Assembly (NCBI RefSeq): GCF_021869535.1
Contig: NW_026262690.1
Location: 110,794,001-110,858,000, forward strand
DNA: 64,000 nt
Reading direction: 5' to 3'
Source: Mytilus californianus
Lineage: Eukaryota
The position numbers were made by a program, and so were the translations under genes. The notes below the pieces were generated by a model. The model did not search any database. It saw only the letters and a program-made list of their open reading frames with translations, and was not told where the DNA came from. Below are positions 1 to 16,896 of the stretch, piece by piece (positions within the stretch are counted from its first letter, which is position 1; each line of letters starts with the position of its first letter).

Positions 1-505
1 TTGGATTGATTTTGGGGGTTATGGGACCAACAGTTAAGGAATTAGGGGCCAAAAAGGGGCCAAAAATAAGCATTTTTGTAACTTCCAGACAATAACTTGT
101 GTGTAAGTGTATGGATCTCTCTGACATTGTACCACAAGGTTCCATATCACAAAGGGAAGGCTGTAATTGATTTTGGGGGTAATTGCCTCCAAATTTTAGG
201 AATAAGGGGCCAAAAAAGGGGCAAAAAACAAGCATTTTTCTAGTTTCATGACAATAACTTGTGTGTAAGTGTTTGGATATTTCTGAAATTGTACTACAAG
301 GTTCCATATCACAAAGGGAAAGCTGGAATTGAGTTTGGGGGTAATTGCCTGAAACGTTTAGGAATTGGGGGCCAAAAAGGGGCCAAAAATAAGCATTTTT
401 CTAGTTTCCAGACAATAACTTGTGTTCAAGTGTATGGATCTCTCTGAAATTGTACTGCAAGGTACCATACCACAAAGGGAAGGCTGGGATTGAGTTTGGG
501 GGTGA
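1..505. repeat. ~162-bp tandem repeat, ~3 copies
   Basis: (C/G)ACAATAACTTGTGT recurs at ~86, ~247, ~409. Confidence 0.9.
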
Positions 506-687
506 TGAATCATAAGGGGGTTCAAAAAATTTGGAGGGGGATTTTTTTTCTTTCCTTTTTTTCCTTTTTTTTTTCTTTTAAAATTTTCCATTTTAAGTTG
601 GTTATTTCTGATTTATATTTAAAAGCAAATAATAATGATATGGTAGGAGATACACACCAAACAGGATGTGTAAATTATTATATAATA

Positions 688-910
688 AGTATTGTGCAAT
701 AGCAAGAAAATTTTCAATAGCACAGTATTGCACAATAGCAAGAAATCTTCAATTGCACAGTATTGCGCAATAGCAAGAAATCTTCAATTGCACAGTATTG
801 CGCAATAGCAAGAAATATCCAATAGCACAATATTGCGCAATAGCAAGAAATTGTCAATTGTACAGTATTGCGCAATAGCAAGAAATATTCAATTGCACAG
901 TATTGTGCAA
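688..910. repeat. 35-bp minisatellite, ~6 copies
   Basis: Unit CACAGTATTGCGCAATAGCAAGAAATCTTCAATTG with internal palindrome TATTGCGCAATA. Confidence 0.92.
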
Positions 911-949
911 AAGAAGATACTTCGTATAAATTGCTTATTTCTTGATCAA

Positions 950-1700
950 TTTCAATGGGGGTTTATTCTTGAATTCTTGGGGTTCTTTAATATGCTGAAT
1001 CTAACTGTGTATTAAGTTTTTGGATATTGGGACCCGTTTTTTAATTGGTCCACATTGAGGTCCAAAGGGTCCAAAATTTAACTTTGTTTGATTTCATCAA
1101 AAATTGAATTATTGGGGTTGTTTGATATGCCCAATCTAACCGTGTATTTAGATTCTTAATTTTTGGTTCCGTTTTCAAATTGGTCTACATTAAGGTCCAA
1201 AGGGTCCAAAATTAAACTTAGTTTGATTTTAACAAAAATTGAATTTTTAGGGTTCTTTGATATGCTGAATCTAAACATGTATTTAGATTTTTGATTATGG
1301 GCCCAGTTTTCAAGTTGGTCCAAATCGGGGTCCAAAATTAAACTTTGTTTGATTTCAACAAAAATTGAATTCTTAGGGTTCTTTGATATGCTGAATCTAA
1401 ACATGTATTTAGATTTTTGATTATGGGCCCAGTTTTCAAGTTGGTCCAAATCGGGGTCCAAAATTAAGCTTTGTTTGATTTCAACAAAAATTGAATATAT
1501 GGGGTTCTTTGATATGCTGAATCTAACCATGTATTTAGATTTTTGATTTTTGGGCCCCGTTATCAACTTTGTCAACATTGAGGTCAAAAGGGTCCAAAAT
1601 TAAACTTTGTTTGATTTCATCAAAAATTGAATTCTTGGGGTTCTTTGATATGCTGAATCTAACCATGTATTTAGATTTTGGATATTGGACCATAATAGGT
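950..1700. repeat. ~126-bp tandem repeat, ~6 copies
   Basis: TTCTTTGATATGCTGAATCT at 1253, 1379, 1505, 1641; explains the 42-aa periodicity of ORF 1156-1587. Confidence 0.92.
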
Positions 1701-3199
1701 GAATGTCCAATTTAAAATATTTAAGTTCTTAAACCACATTCATTCTGTGTCAGAAAGCTATGCTGTGTCAAATATTTAATCACAATCCAAATTCAGAGCT
1801 GTATCAAGCTTGAATGTTATGTCCATACTTGCCCCAACTGTTCAGGGTTCGACCTCTGCGGTCGTATCAAGCTGCGCCCTGCGGAGCATTTTATTTTTTC
1901 AAGTGTGTGTTTCAGTGTATCAACACATCAATTTGATAAATTAGTTCTATTTATACACAATGTTTACAGTTTTACAGGTAATAAGGTGAGATCAATATTG
2001 CATTTTTAATTGTAGTGTGAACGTACTGGTTCAGATTAGACCGATAGAGATCGTTATGATTAAAGATAATGTGAACCCTAACTGGTTTTATTTAGATCGA
2101 TTCAAATTATATCGATTAAAGAAAAATATTAGTGTGAACGGGTCTATAAAGTCAGTTTGACGTTGTAGATTAACGTCAATGATAATTTGTCCTGTTGCTT
2201 TGTAAGATGTTTTCCAATCATAGTTCATGTGTTGTGTTCTTCTGATTTGGAAAATTAAATTGTTATTCTAATATACTCTTCATAATTCCGGTATTGGAAT
2301 GCATGTTAAACGGGTGTTTTAATGATTATTCTTGGCTATAAAAATACGAAGATGTGGTATGGTTGCCAATTAGACAACTCTCCACAAGAGACCAAATGAC
2401 ACAGAAATGACATACGCTGCATGTTTGGCTGTTTGTAATAAGTAGATAAGGCTGTTCTTAAAGACTTCATGGATACGTTGTGTGGCTGTTGATGATAGTA
2501 TGCAAGGCTATTCTTAATCGACTCTGCATTACAATGCTGTTTGGCTGCTAAGGAAGGGTAGTGTATAAAAGTTAAACATACCAGATTTACTTGGTTTTAA
2601 AGAGTACTCATGGTGACGGAAGAATGGGCATTCATTTTAAATATTTTCCTATGCACTGAAGTTACATTTCTTAGGTGTCTAAGGTTCATTATGTAGAACT
2701 TTTCTCATTTATATTCGGGTATTCTTTACTTCAATAACGAGAAAAAAAAATTAATTCAAAAGGAATGTACACGCCTGGTTTAATCTGAAAAAAAGTTGAA
2801 TATAGAACTATAGATATTTGCGTAGGTATATTAACAAACGGAAAAAAGGGTGTAATCTGCCACAAGACCATTTAAAAGATCTATGGACAAACTTGGTTCA
2901 TTGAAGACATTAATGTAAAGGTAAGATACACTATTTGCATGTCTTTCTTGTTAAATGGGGTTTGCTCATTGTTGAAGTCTGTACGGTGACCTGTATGTTT
3001 ACAATTTCGTCCTTTGGTCTTTTGAGGATAGTTTTCTCTTTGACAATCGTACACTATCTTCCTTAGTTTTTATATGTTATAGCGAATGCTTGTATCTACA
3101 TATATCTTAAATGTATTTTCTTAGATTTTTTTTTTGCCATTTATATTTATTATAAATACATATTTTGCTTAATGGGAGAACACGCATATTAACGTTCCC

Positions 3200-3440
3200 T
3201 ATATGTAATGGAATTCCATGCGACTGTTATACAAGTGAGAGGGTTAGCTAGCTATAAAACCAGGTTCAATCCACCATATTTTACATAAGGAGATGCCTGT
3301 ACCAAGTCAGGAATACTAGTATGGCAGTTGTTTTCCATTTTTTTAATGTGTTTCAGCTTTTGATTTTGGCAATTTCAATTTGATAAGGGGCACTCCGTTT
3401 TGAATTTTCATTGGTGTTGTGTATTTTTATGATTTTATTT
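3200..3440 (+). mobile_element. Dispersed SINE/LINE-tail-like repeat (core TATAAAACCAGG...CCTGTACCAAGTCAGG)
   Basis: Same core recurs at 6560-6895 (+), 25070-25370 (-), 25625-25762 (-), 50055-50200 (+), 50790-51045 (-), 57970-58170 (-). Confidence 0.7.
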
Positions 3441-4171
3441 TTTTCCTTATTTGTGAAGACCATATACATGCATATTAACTTTTTAAACATGAAAGGACAT
3501 TCTGGGTCTTAGTGTCTTACTGAGTGCATTATCATAATACAAACTGGGTGGGGTGACGTTCAGATGGGACGGAATGATTTCTTTTTTAAAATGTTAATTT
3601 CGAAACAGTCCAGCTTTACCGAAGAGCAAACCCAAAACTCAATATAATTCTTCTGTTAAACATATACCATAACAACATATTTCTTAACACAAGCCATTAG
3701 ATTTCACTTGTTTTTTGTACAAGAGGCATTTGTAGATTTCAAATACTAAAAGGCATTGCCGGTGTTTAGTGCATTTCAGTCACATGCAGTATGTCTCTAC
3801 CACAAACTAGATGTATGCACGTCTCCAATCTTATAGTAAATATTTATATTACTGTATTTATCTTTCTACATACAGCTACACGTCTAGCTCCTACATGGCT
3901 TACTACAAGCAAGACAACCAAAGTTTTTTATCACAACTTTTGTTGATGAAATGATGAAAATCAAAAAATATTTTTGTTATGCTCACTAATTGATATACTG
4001 TAATGTTCACTCATTAGTGTACTGATATGCTTGTAATCGTGTTTTTAATTATTTAATAAATCAATCGTATTTTACTTATCAATATATTTCATCGCCTTAT
4101 TAGTTATTTGTGGATAGAAACTGGGATGTAGATTTATTGATTGACATATCAACATATCAACGGCAATTTTT

Positions 4172-4676
4172 GCGTGTGCTTGCGTTGCTTTAGATCGAGG
4201 CCACAGCTTTTCAACCAATCGGTGAATGTTTACTTGGGGCATACATCTATTTTTACTGCAGGTTTCGACATGTTTAAATCGGGATTATAGAAAAATGGAA
4301 TGTTGTTGGTAGATACAAAACTGAAAATGATGAACACTTTTAGCAAAAGATATATTGGATCGGGGGTCTGTGAATTCACATTATTTGTACAACTCTCATT
4401 ACTCTTGGGAAGCGTGTGCTTTACATCGAGGCTTGTGTTGCTTTACATCGAGGCTTGCGTTGCTTTACATCGACGCCATAGTAGTTCAACCAATCGGGGA
4501 ATGTTTATTTGGGGCATACATCTATTTTTACAGCAGGTTTTGGCATATTTTAATCGAAATTAGAGAAAAATGGAATGATGTTAGGAGATATAAAACAGAA
4601 AATGATAAATATTTTTAGCAAAAGATGAATTGGATCGGGGTTCTGTGTATTCACATTATTTGTACAACTCTCCTTA
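4172..4676. repeat. ~275-bp tandem duplication with a 23-bp repeat at the junction
   Basis: TTCAACCAATCGG(T/G)GAATGTTTA...TTATTTGTACAACTCTC occurs twice; GCTT(G)CGTTGCTTTACATCGA repeated at ~4415-4475. Confidence 0.85.
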
Positions 4677-4803
4677 CTAATGGCAAAAAATGGAATTTCC
4701 GTGACCTAAATGGTTCGCGAAAATTAATATTTTTATATATATATAGTAATTATAGATATTAATTACTGTGTGTTTGTCAATATATATATAATGTACGTAA
4801 GAA

Positions 4804-7162
<2,359 letters not shown>

Positions 7163-9839
7163 GTATGTGTTTGTGTTAGAATAGAGTTTCACTACAAAAG
7201 AGGATTTAGTATGATTTTTGTAGAAGCAAAATAACTAAGTGTGTGTGTGTTACTACAGGATCATATTTATACTTTAAAGGGTTAAAATCTGTTTTGTAAG
7301 CATATCTTTGTGTTAGAATAGAACTAGCATATGACGGAACAGACGCTTTCTACTTACATCCATTTTCTCAGTATAAAAATAAGTTGTGGTATGATTGCAA
7401 TTGAGACATTTATGGCAACAGAGACCAAAAGGAAAAGAATGCAAACAACCATAGAGCAATATTAAGCCTTCATCAATGAGCAAAATCCGTATCATATGGT
7501 AAGGTATAAAAGTTTCCTTTCTACTTTATGCCATCTATTTTCTACTGGTCTTACTATCTCTTCCTCCATTCCATTCTTTTTTTCTCCGTTCAACTTTCTC
7601 CTTTCTCACATGAGCACCCCATAACCAGTAAGAACTTAGTTACTATAATAACTTAAGGTTTTCTCGATTGAATTGTTTTACATTTTGTCATGCAGGGCCC
7701 TTTGTAGATTGCTTTGCGATATGGGTTTTGCTCATTGTTAGAGGCTGTACGATGACTAGTTCCTAACATCTACGTCATTTGGTCTCTGATGGATAGTTTC
7801 ATTGGTAATCATACAGCATCTCCCTATTTTATATTAGTTGTTTCTAGTTTTACACAGAAATATATGCAATGACAGAATGGAAAAAGAAGTAAAATGCAAG
7901 TTGAATTTCCTGGACGATGGATGATGGACTTAAAAACGGAAGGAACAAACACTCACTTTTCATAGGGGGGCAAAATTAAGGTAGGACATCTGAAAGACAT
8001 GTGGGCACAAAATAATTCCTTTTTTCAAAAATTTAATATATTTTCTCTGTTGAATATATAACTTTGAATAACATATATTTTTCCTTTTTTTGTTGCAAAT
8101 TCAATGTACCAGTTATCTATTCCTTATATTTGATGAAGTTAGGCGTTTAGTGTCTCTTGTGTCTGTTTTCATTCCACTGAGAACTTATTCTTTTATACTT
8201 TCACTTGAAGCTGCAAACGCAGATCAAAACTACATAGACTTTATACAAGATTTTAGTAAACTTGTGAATTTACATCGGTTTGGCGTGGTTCACCACAATT
8301 ATTAGTTACATTAGTGACAAATATACTGATTCTATAAAGAAAAGGGAAGAAAAATATATGGTAGGTCCAGATACAATCAGGGGACGGCGAGAGAAAATAT
8401 CATACACGAAAAGATAAGTTTACAATACCAGAACCGGCAATTTGTTTGATTCTAAATGTTATCTGGAAAGAGGATAACTATAATTATATTAATTCCCAGA
8501 ATTCAAAAAAAGAATTGTATACCAACGTTACATGATTAGGTGTCACTTTCGATTGAAGACTTAATAATGGGCATACAGTATTGATACAACAAAGTTTCTT
8601 ATTGTGAAGTTTCCTTTTGTAAAATACTACAATATAATAAAGCTCAACAGATTTTGATTTTACTTGTTTTTGTATTTTAGGAAAGAAAAAAAAAAGGAAT
8701 ACGAGGTTTGTATGAGTAAAAATAATTCTTTAATTCAACGTCCAGTACTTGGCGTGATCAGGCAGGCAATGCAAGTGTTTTGTGTTTTTGGCATCATAAT
8801 CATGATTAATTATGGCATTGTTTTATATTTAAAAGTTAAAGCAAATGTTACAAGAGATGGACTTACGTTGAAATATAATCAAAAGTAAACTGCTAGGTAT
8901 GAATGAAACAAGACAATGTTTTACGACATAAAACCCTCTTAAGACAAGATATGAATTAGAACTGACAGCCAACGATTTACCATCATTACAAAATAAGGAA
9001 AAGAAGGAAAGACAACATTCACATGTAGAAAGAGAAGATTGCTATTAGTGTAGTTTTTGTGTGTTTGTGTTTTTTTATATCGTTTAATGAAATCACAGGT
9101 AATGAGTAAAGGGAAATGTGCAATGAATATTTGAACGAATGCATTCCCACAACACAATGTATTCTAATTCATAAGAGATCACCATACAGTTTTTAAAGAT
9201 TGAAAAGCAACGAAGCTACACAGAAAGCCTTATATTGCAGATATTAAACTGTGGATGAATAACGTATATCAGTTAAAAGATTCCAGGAAAGATCTGACTT
9301 TTGAAGAGAGAAAGAGAAAGCAAAAACTAGACAAGAAAATTGTTTTTTTGGACTGTTGTATAGTTGTCTCATTGACAAACATGCAACATACCACATCTTC
9401 TTATTTTCTTTTCATAATGAAAATCAAGCCAGAAAAGATTGTTGAATTTGATAATATCAGAAGATATACACCGCTACATGCAAAACGTTTCGATTTGAAT
9501 CGTTTCAAAAAAGCTCAATTTTTTATGATTACACATTGACACACATACCAAAACTTCAATTTATTCATATTTGGGACTATTGGGTAGTGTTAGTTTATTG
9601 GTTCATATATCTTAAAATGCATTAATATTGTTAATTGACAAGAAGTTGATAGAACACTTGCCTGTTGAATAATATTAAGTAATCTATTGCAGAAGTCAAT
9701 GGATCTGCCAGTAGCTGAAGAGGCATAGAATACTGGTATCAAACAAAGAGTGTCAACTGTAACTACATTGTAGACTATCAATTAGAAGACACTAATTTTA
9801 ATTTTAGTTCATTTATATGACGTCCTTTTTCACTGAACT

Positions 9840-9990
9840 AGTACATATTTTTATTTAGGGGCCAGCTGAGGACTACCTCCGGGTGCGGGATTTTCTCGCT
9901 GCGTTTAAGACCCATTTGTGGCCTTCGGTTGTTATCTGCTCTTTGGCCGGGTTGTTGTCTCTTTGACATATTCCTCATTTCCATTCTCAA
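9840..9990 (-). mobile_element. Short dispersed repeat (ATAAAATTGAGAATGGAAATG...GTGTCAAAGAGACAACAACCCG family)
   Basis: Plus-strand relatives at ~28440-28520 and ~58195-58380. Confidence 0.7.
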
Positions 9991-10324
9991 TTTTACTGTT
10001 TAGTTTAAACAAATAAAGACCAGGTTTGGGCATAGAACACATGGATACGGAAATAGTATAAAAAAGAAACACATATGTTTGAATATAAAAAGAAGTTCTA
10101 GCAGTCTTTCCTCTTTTATGGAAATTTAATATCACCAGGTGTTGGTTGACGCAGTCCTATAGTTACCACGTGTATCAGAACAAAAACAAAAAAATGAACA
10201 AATTGATTATTGTTGAGACATTAGGAATTACAATAATGATGGATACCAGTAATAAATTGTGATTAAGTACACTATGCATGTTACATACAGATGATTTCAT
10301 AGAAAACAAGATTGATTCAGTCCT

Positions 10325-10549
10325 ACTGGCTGTTTCGTGGCTGTCAGTTTTTATTGGTGGATGAAGCCGGAGTGCCCTGATAGAAGGTCATAGAACCACA
10401 TACCTTCGACAGGAAAACTGACAATGATAGTCAATTAAGGTTGGAGTCGAATGCACCTGCCACGTGCGGGGTTTGAACTCACAACCACAGTGTTGACTGG
10501 AGTGATACAGTAGTTGGTCTACGTAGACTATTCGGCCACCTAGGCCCCT
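10325..10549 (-). mobile_element. tRNA-derived SINE, V-SINE-like
   Basis: Reverse complement begins GGGGCCTAGGTGGCCGAATAG (A box)...GTTCAAACCC (B box); central GGGCACTCCGGCTTCATCCACCAATAAAAACTGAC resembles the V domain; truncated relative at ~31750-31930. Confidence 0.7.
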
Positions 10550-13500
10550 GTACATAAATCAAGAAAAAGGAACGTAAAACAACTTGCATTAGTATTATCT
10601 GTTTTACTCATTTGAAGATGTATACTATAAACTTTATCTATATACAGGTTCAAAGTAATGAATATATAATCCTGGTAGTCAGAAATAAATGTCATCACCC
10701 TTTCCCAGAAAAAATACAATGCATATTGGTGAAGTATTATCAAAAACTATTACATTGGGATAATACTTATTCACAATGACATTAAACTGGCATCTTGGAA
10801 ACTTATTTTAAATCAAATCATTCCACTGAAAAAAAACTAAATGTTTGACCGCCTCAAAGGAATAAAACAGGATCTTGGACAACCATGACAGAAATATATT
10901 TGTAGCCATATTAATCCAAATGACATAACGCTTAGATGACTTAGTGGGAAACGATCTTAATTTACCCTACTGAAAACACTTAATCTCCGACAACCTTTGT
11001 GGAAATACATCTAAAGCATCAATTATCTTAAAAGACATACTAGTAACATTAGCTTAAACTATCTTATTGACTGACTGTTGTTTGCATTACACCAGTTGCC
11101 ATTATTTCATGCATATTCAAGACAAGAAATTATAAAAAGTAAGTTCTGTATGATAGAACGACAGGGATAAAAGGAAGACATTTTGTAATGCCACAGGTAA
11201 ACAATGATATATTGGATAGGTGCAGACATTTTGCTTTGCAACAGGTCACCTACAGACCCCTCATCGAGTTTATGCAAGGGTTCTTCAAGGTTCCGAGAGG
11301 GTGGCACTCTTTTCATGAGGCAGAGCCTTCTGCAGCATTAGTCATCCTGTTAACAAACTGTGATTTCATAAAACCTTGGCAGAATCATTCAATCCTTTTG
11401 TCTCATTGAAATTACAATAGACTTGAACATGCTTATTCACATGACATAAGATTTGATCTCCTGTGACCTAAGTTCAAGACATCTAAAAGGTTTAGCCACT
11501 GAATGACATATCACTTGTTTTAAATAACTGATAAAACGTAACCTTAACCAACCTAGGCCACCAATAAATATAAATCCCAGAGGCGGATTTAGGGAGGGGG
11601 AAGTTCATAGTATCACTCCAAAAGTTGGCTTACCAGCCCCCTCCTTTTTCAAAATCTGGATTGCATCTGAAGCCTCAGTTGTTCTCAAGAAATATCTTGG
11701 CTGAATTTCTTTTACGGATATTTTCTGGCATACAACTTTGTCTTTATCTAAAAAGCTTGAAAGGAGGTTTTCTGATACCCTTAAGTCATCAAACGTATCA
11801 AAAAGCCTTGATGATCCTATGATATAAAGACTTTGTAAAACAATTTGTAAGAAACTTGTATACTATTAGTGAAAAATTGTTTTATTAAACCGTCTACAGA
11901 CTGATATATTAAGCTTCAAACATTTGGTCAATACAGCTGCTGGTGGACTCTGTATTAGTTCTAACGTTATCATCAGATCAGTAGTCATTTTTTGTAGATT
12001 TTATTATCTGTTTTCTTTCCATAAATGTTCCACTTCCATATACTTCCTTGACTTATAACTGTTAACTACCACCTCAGTATCCTCTTAAATTTTCTTCTGA
12101 TTATCTTCTCAATTCTTTATCCTTTTTTTATATCCAACATCAAATTATGTGTACTCTACATGTAAGTTCTGGAAATTTTTACATTTAAAAATGTTTGCAA
12201 AAAATATGATTGGATAGATGTAGAATAAATTAGAACCTGCATTTTATATCTTAATAAAAAGCCTAATTCATGCCCATAATTTTCCAGATATCACATTCAT
12301 GTTTGCAATAATAATTAACACAGTAGTTACAAAATTCTGACTTCCAAAATTAAAAAGATGATTCAAATGTAAACATTCCTTGTAAGTTGTTATAATCATG
12401 TTTGAATATTGTTGTCAGATTGCATTTCGACAATTTTGTGTTATATTATCATCCTACTAAAGAGTTACATTTTTGTGATGGGACGTTATAATTTGTGCCT
12501 AGATATTAACAAACTGATGTTTTTAGTAAACAGATGCCTAGCTGTTATTATTGTTTCATATCACAGATTTGTATCAAATTTTAAGCTGAAAGTTAAATGT
12601 TTTGCAAAGGGTAAAATGTTCAAGTAAAATAAGCTATCATCTTGACCACCATTACGCAATCCTTTCAGTTATGTATACTGGTGACCAAATTTTAGTGTGG
12701 AGTTGTATCAATAGATTTATAGAATAAGGCTATGGAAATGAACAAAACGAAATTTCAAGAAGGGGTGGATATGTTTATTTTTATTTCTGTTAACCGATTT
12801 TAAAGATTTTAAAAGATAAATATTTATTGAGTTTAGAGGTAAAAAACAATAATGAAATTAAAAATTCAAGATATTATTTGGTTGGTTTATGCTGAGATTA
12901 CTATTACACATGTATAATAGTAGTCTCAGGTTTAAGGCATCCCAAGAAGGGCTAATCTGATTTGACTTTTGTTTACTGTTGTTGTAAGTTTTAAACTTTT
13001 TTTGACAAGGGGAAAAAGTTAAAAGTATAATAGTTTTTTCTTTGAATCTTTTGTTTACCTGCTTGCTTGCTGTACATCAAATATAATGTGTATATAATGT
13101 TTGTGAGCAATGAAGTGTAAAGATTGCATTCATTTTTCAGTGGGAACTTAAATGTATAAAGCATTGGAAGGCAATACTATAAATTGGAGATATAATTGTA
13201 GTAATTTGAACTAAGATTATGGACAAAAGGAAGATAACTTCAATTTTAAATACATGTAATACCTTTACAATGATAGCATTGATATTTCTAGAACAAATAC
13301 TAGATTCATTCACCATGTAAAATTCAGAGGCAGTTTAAGCCTCCTCCATTTTTATGGAACTTTATATATGATAAATGCACAGACTTTTTACGTATATCAA
13401 TCCAAACGTTGGCTTACTAAGAGAAACACCCTTTTTCAAGTTCCTGGATCCACACATATCACTCTATAACTTGAATGATATTTCATTGATAAATTTCTTT

Positions 13501-15639
13501 AAATGTTTATAGATAGGATGTATATAATGTTTTGTTTATCTCAAAAGTAGTGATAAAGTCTGGAAAGGTGTTAACTGCCAACACTTGAAGCCAGCAACAT
13601 GAAGGTTTTGAATGCAATCTTTGCCCCAATAAAAACAAAATGATCTTTGCCACTCTGTGGCGAAATATCTACATTGTGTATTGTATTTTGTGTGGTGTAA
13701 TTAAAAAACAAAAAAGCTGATTGTTAATTCAATAAAATCATAGATTAATTTGTACACAGTAGTATATGTACAAACAATACATTGCATAGCACTTTCATAA
13801 TAAATAAATCATCAAAATGTCTCATATTCTAATCCTTAAAGGTTAAATACATAGTTTTGTAAAATATCTTCGAAGTGCCCAATATTGGAGCTTATATGCC
13901 GAAGATTGTTTTCTTCATTAACGTGTTTACATAGGAGGAAATTGCGCATTTTTTTACATTCAAATGTTATGCACTAGGATTTATGGGATTTATGCACTAA
14001 AGGTTAAATATACTCTGAGAAATGTTTTTAAAAAGTCTTTGACCATTGCTTTACACGCTGCAGACTGTTTTAGACAATTATATGTGTAAAAGGCAAGAGA
14101 ACTTATGACCTTTAAATATCATTTTCATCTTTGTATGCAGCCTTACATGTATTTATTTATTTGCCCTTAACTTTCTGCAAAAACATGTGACTTTTTTTTA
14201 GTTTTAAGATTCTTAAATTTTAAAGACCAATGATCAATTGATGAACCTCTTATTACCTCAAAACTTCCCCTCCCGCCAGCAAAATAGTCGCCAAAAAGCA
14301 ATTCAAATACTTGCAATAATTTGTTAATTTAAGGCCTATTGAGAGGAGTTTAAATTATCTTAAAATGTATTCTCTGTTAACAAACAAAAAACATTCAAAA
14401 ATCATTTGTACAAACCATGGTTTGTTTATGGATAAACTGTAAAACAGTTTTAAGATAATTGCATTAATTGTGACAAGTGTTTAATAAATTTTGTGTGTAA
14501 TATTGTTGTTGTATTTTTTTCGCTTTTTTTAACAGATATATCTGGCTAAAAATCTGGCCTTAAATCCTCAATTATTTTTACAGCAAAAAGATAAAGAGTC
14601 AAACTTTTGAAAACTCTTTTTTTAACTACTGTGAAAACTGAACAATAGTATATCCTAAAAAGAGGACGACCTCCTTCTTCTCTATCGAAATATATAAATC
14701 GCCCAAAAATTTGGTTAAACAAGTTATCAAATACCATGGTCATCCTTCTTTTAAAACTTGCACTCAGTCAACCTTTGTGTAATAAATCTTCCTAGTTAGT
14801 CCTATACAAGTGATCTTACATACTGACATAAAAGGTAGAAATATTCATAAAGCCACAACTACATTATTTGAATTAACAATTTCTGAAGCTAATCTAAGTT
14901 AGGTTTGTCGGCCAAGTCCTAAAGTTTTCCTGATAGAATAACTCAATAACTCTTCTGGCTGTGTGATTTGCTGTGAAATTTTGGGCAATGTGACATTGCT
15001 AATTTGCTAACTGATACTAAACTTGATGTTGGAACAATTTGCCCTAATCTTACCGAAAACTTTACTCATAAAACAAAGCATTGTAAGTCTTCATGAAAAG
15101 CACATAAAAAAATTAAGAAAAAAATTGATTCTGTTAGGAATCCTAAAGAAAGCTTTGTACAGACATTGGTCACTCATCATATTATTTGATGAAAAATCAT
15201 CACATTGGTTAACAACACAATTATTTTTCTTTTAAGATCCTACATATTTTGTTTTTGTTATATTCAAAATCATTATCAACTACTCCCAGTGGCTGAACTA
15301 TAAATTCTTTAATGTTTTACTGCATACATAATTTGAGTTGTCTCCCATTTTTAAGAGTTGTCATTCTTTGGTTGGCATCAATTGTGGTAATGTTTTGCAA
15401 AATATTTGGTAAAAAATAAACCTGCAAAAGGTAAAAATAAAAACAAAGTGTTAGTGTTATTGACATCACAGGTAATTATAATTGAAAAAAATATTTGGCT
15501 ATTAGAAAATACTTTTTCCACATATGATATAAATCTTTTAAGAAATAATCCTAAGGACATTGTTCAAAATGAATTATCAATGATGTACATGTATTAGCTG
15601 TTACAGCAGAAATTATTTATATGTTAACCAATTTGTTTT

Positions 15640-16035
15640 ACCAGGGGTCAATTTAAAAGCTAATTCAGATTGTTACTTGACAGAGGTTAAATTTTAATTC
15701 AGATTGTTACATGCCAGAGGTCAAATTCATTTCCGATTGTTACTTGCCAGAGGTCAAATTCAATTCAGACTGTTACTTGCCATAGGTCAATTCTATTCTG
15801 ATTGTTACTTGCCAGAGGTCAAATTCTATTCAGATTTTTAATTGCCAGAGGTCAATTCTAGTCAGATTGTTACTTGCCAGAGGTTAAATTTAATTCAGAT
15901 TGTTACTTACCAGAGATCAAATTTAATTCAGATTTTTTTCTTGCCATAGGTCAAATTTAATTCAGATTGTTTCTTGCCAGAGGTCAAATTTAATTCAGAT
16001 TGTTACTTGCAAGTGGTTAATTCTATTTAGATTGT
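15640..16035. repeat. 33-bp minisatellite, ~12 copies
   Basis: Unit TCAGATTGTTACTTGCCAGAGGTCAAATTTAAT. Confidence 0.92.
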
Positions 16036-16710
16036 TAAAAGGCTTGAAAACTGATAGTTGTCGAAATTAAAACTGATTAGTCAGAATTGATAGTAAAGTT
16101 ACTTGAAATCTATCATAAAATCCAGAATAGCTGGTACAGTTTGGGCAATACCAATTTTTGGGATACCTTAACAAAAATTATACAAAAAAAAACCCAAACA
16201 AACTGACTACAGTTGTTTATAATATGCATCCCCTCTACCAACTACATTTTTCGGGTTAAAAAGTGCGTATTATACACAACAAATTACGGTAAGCATTTAT
16301 GATCCTGAGTTACATCAGTACAACTTTTTTTCACACCTGACGCGACTCTACATATATGGAAGTGCTGAATCAATCTTTTCAATATTTATATCAGCATCAG
16401 ACAGTTGCTTGATAACATCATAAGTAGGATTTAACACTTGAAAAAAAAATCAAGAGTAAATGTTATAAATATAAACGATTGCTGACGTGATAGATAGTAG
16501 TTTGGTAGCAATGTCCTGTTTAAATTTTTGACAGCTAACAACTATATTTATTATCATTATTATCAAGTAAGAAATTAATCAAAACAGAATTGAATATCAA
16601 CAGAGAAAATGATTATCACTTCAAGTAAGAAGTGTCGACATGGTCAGCAGTAATAATCTGAAGGTCACTGAGGGTTTTGTCGAACTGTGTCAAAAAAGAA
16701 CTCAGCAGAC

Positions 16711-16896
16711 AAGGGCAAATCCATGATATTTGTAAGGGGGGGGGGGGGGGGCTTAATTTCAGAAAACTGCAGGGGAACAAGGTGAAACAAACTTTGGACA
16801 ATTTTATGCTAAAAACACACATGAATTGTGAGAAACATGAGATTTTATTTTTTTTGGTGATCAAAGATCCTATATGCCCACCTGGATCAGCCACTG
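16711..16896. mobile_element. Degenerate MITE of the CAGGGGCGGATCCA terminal-repeat type
   Basis: Imperfect TIRs CAAGGGCAAATCCA / TGGATCAGCCACTG and internal poly-G; similar remnants at ~11578-11669 and ~13326-13450. Confidence 0.5.

Larger units (their letters stand above)
1..1890. mobile_element. HINE/Helentron-like non-autonomous element with internal tandem-repeat blocks (left end outside window)
   Basis: Three satellite blocks (~162, 35 and ~126 bp units) followed by a GC-rich terminus with two short hairpins (CGACC-TCTGC-GGTCG at ~1849-1863; GCTGCGC-CCT-GCGGAGC at ~1871-1887) ending in a T-run. This architecture is typical of bivalve HINE/pearl-like elements; class assignment is inference. 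Confidence 0.55.

Noticed and set aside
1156-1587. 143-aa minus-strand ORF with a 42-aa repeat
   Set aside because: Artefact of the 126-bp tandem repeat
4300-4618. Two overlapping 87-aa ORFs upstream of the K2P start
   Set aside because: They fall within a local tandem duplication and show no protein-family similarity
8939-9157. ORF with VNRWLSV resembling GPCR TM3
   Set aside because: Single short motif; no other TM segments or supporting exons found
14540-15235. Stretch that looks like decayed coding sequence
   Set aside because: Many stops in all frames and no recognisable motif
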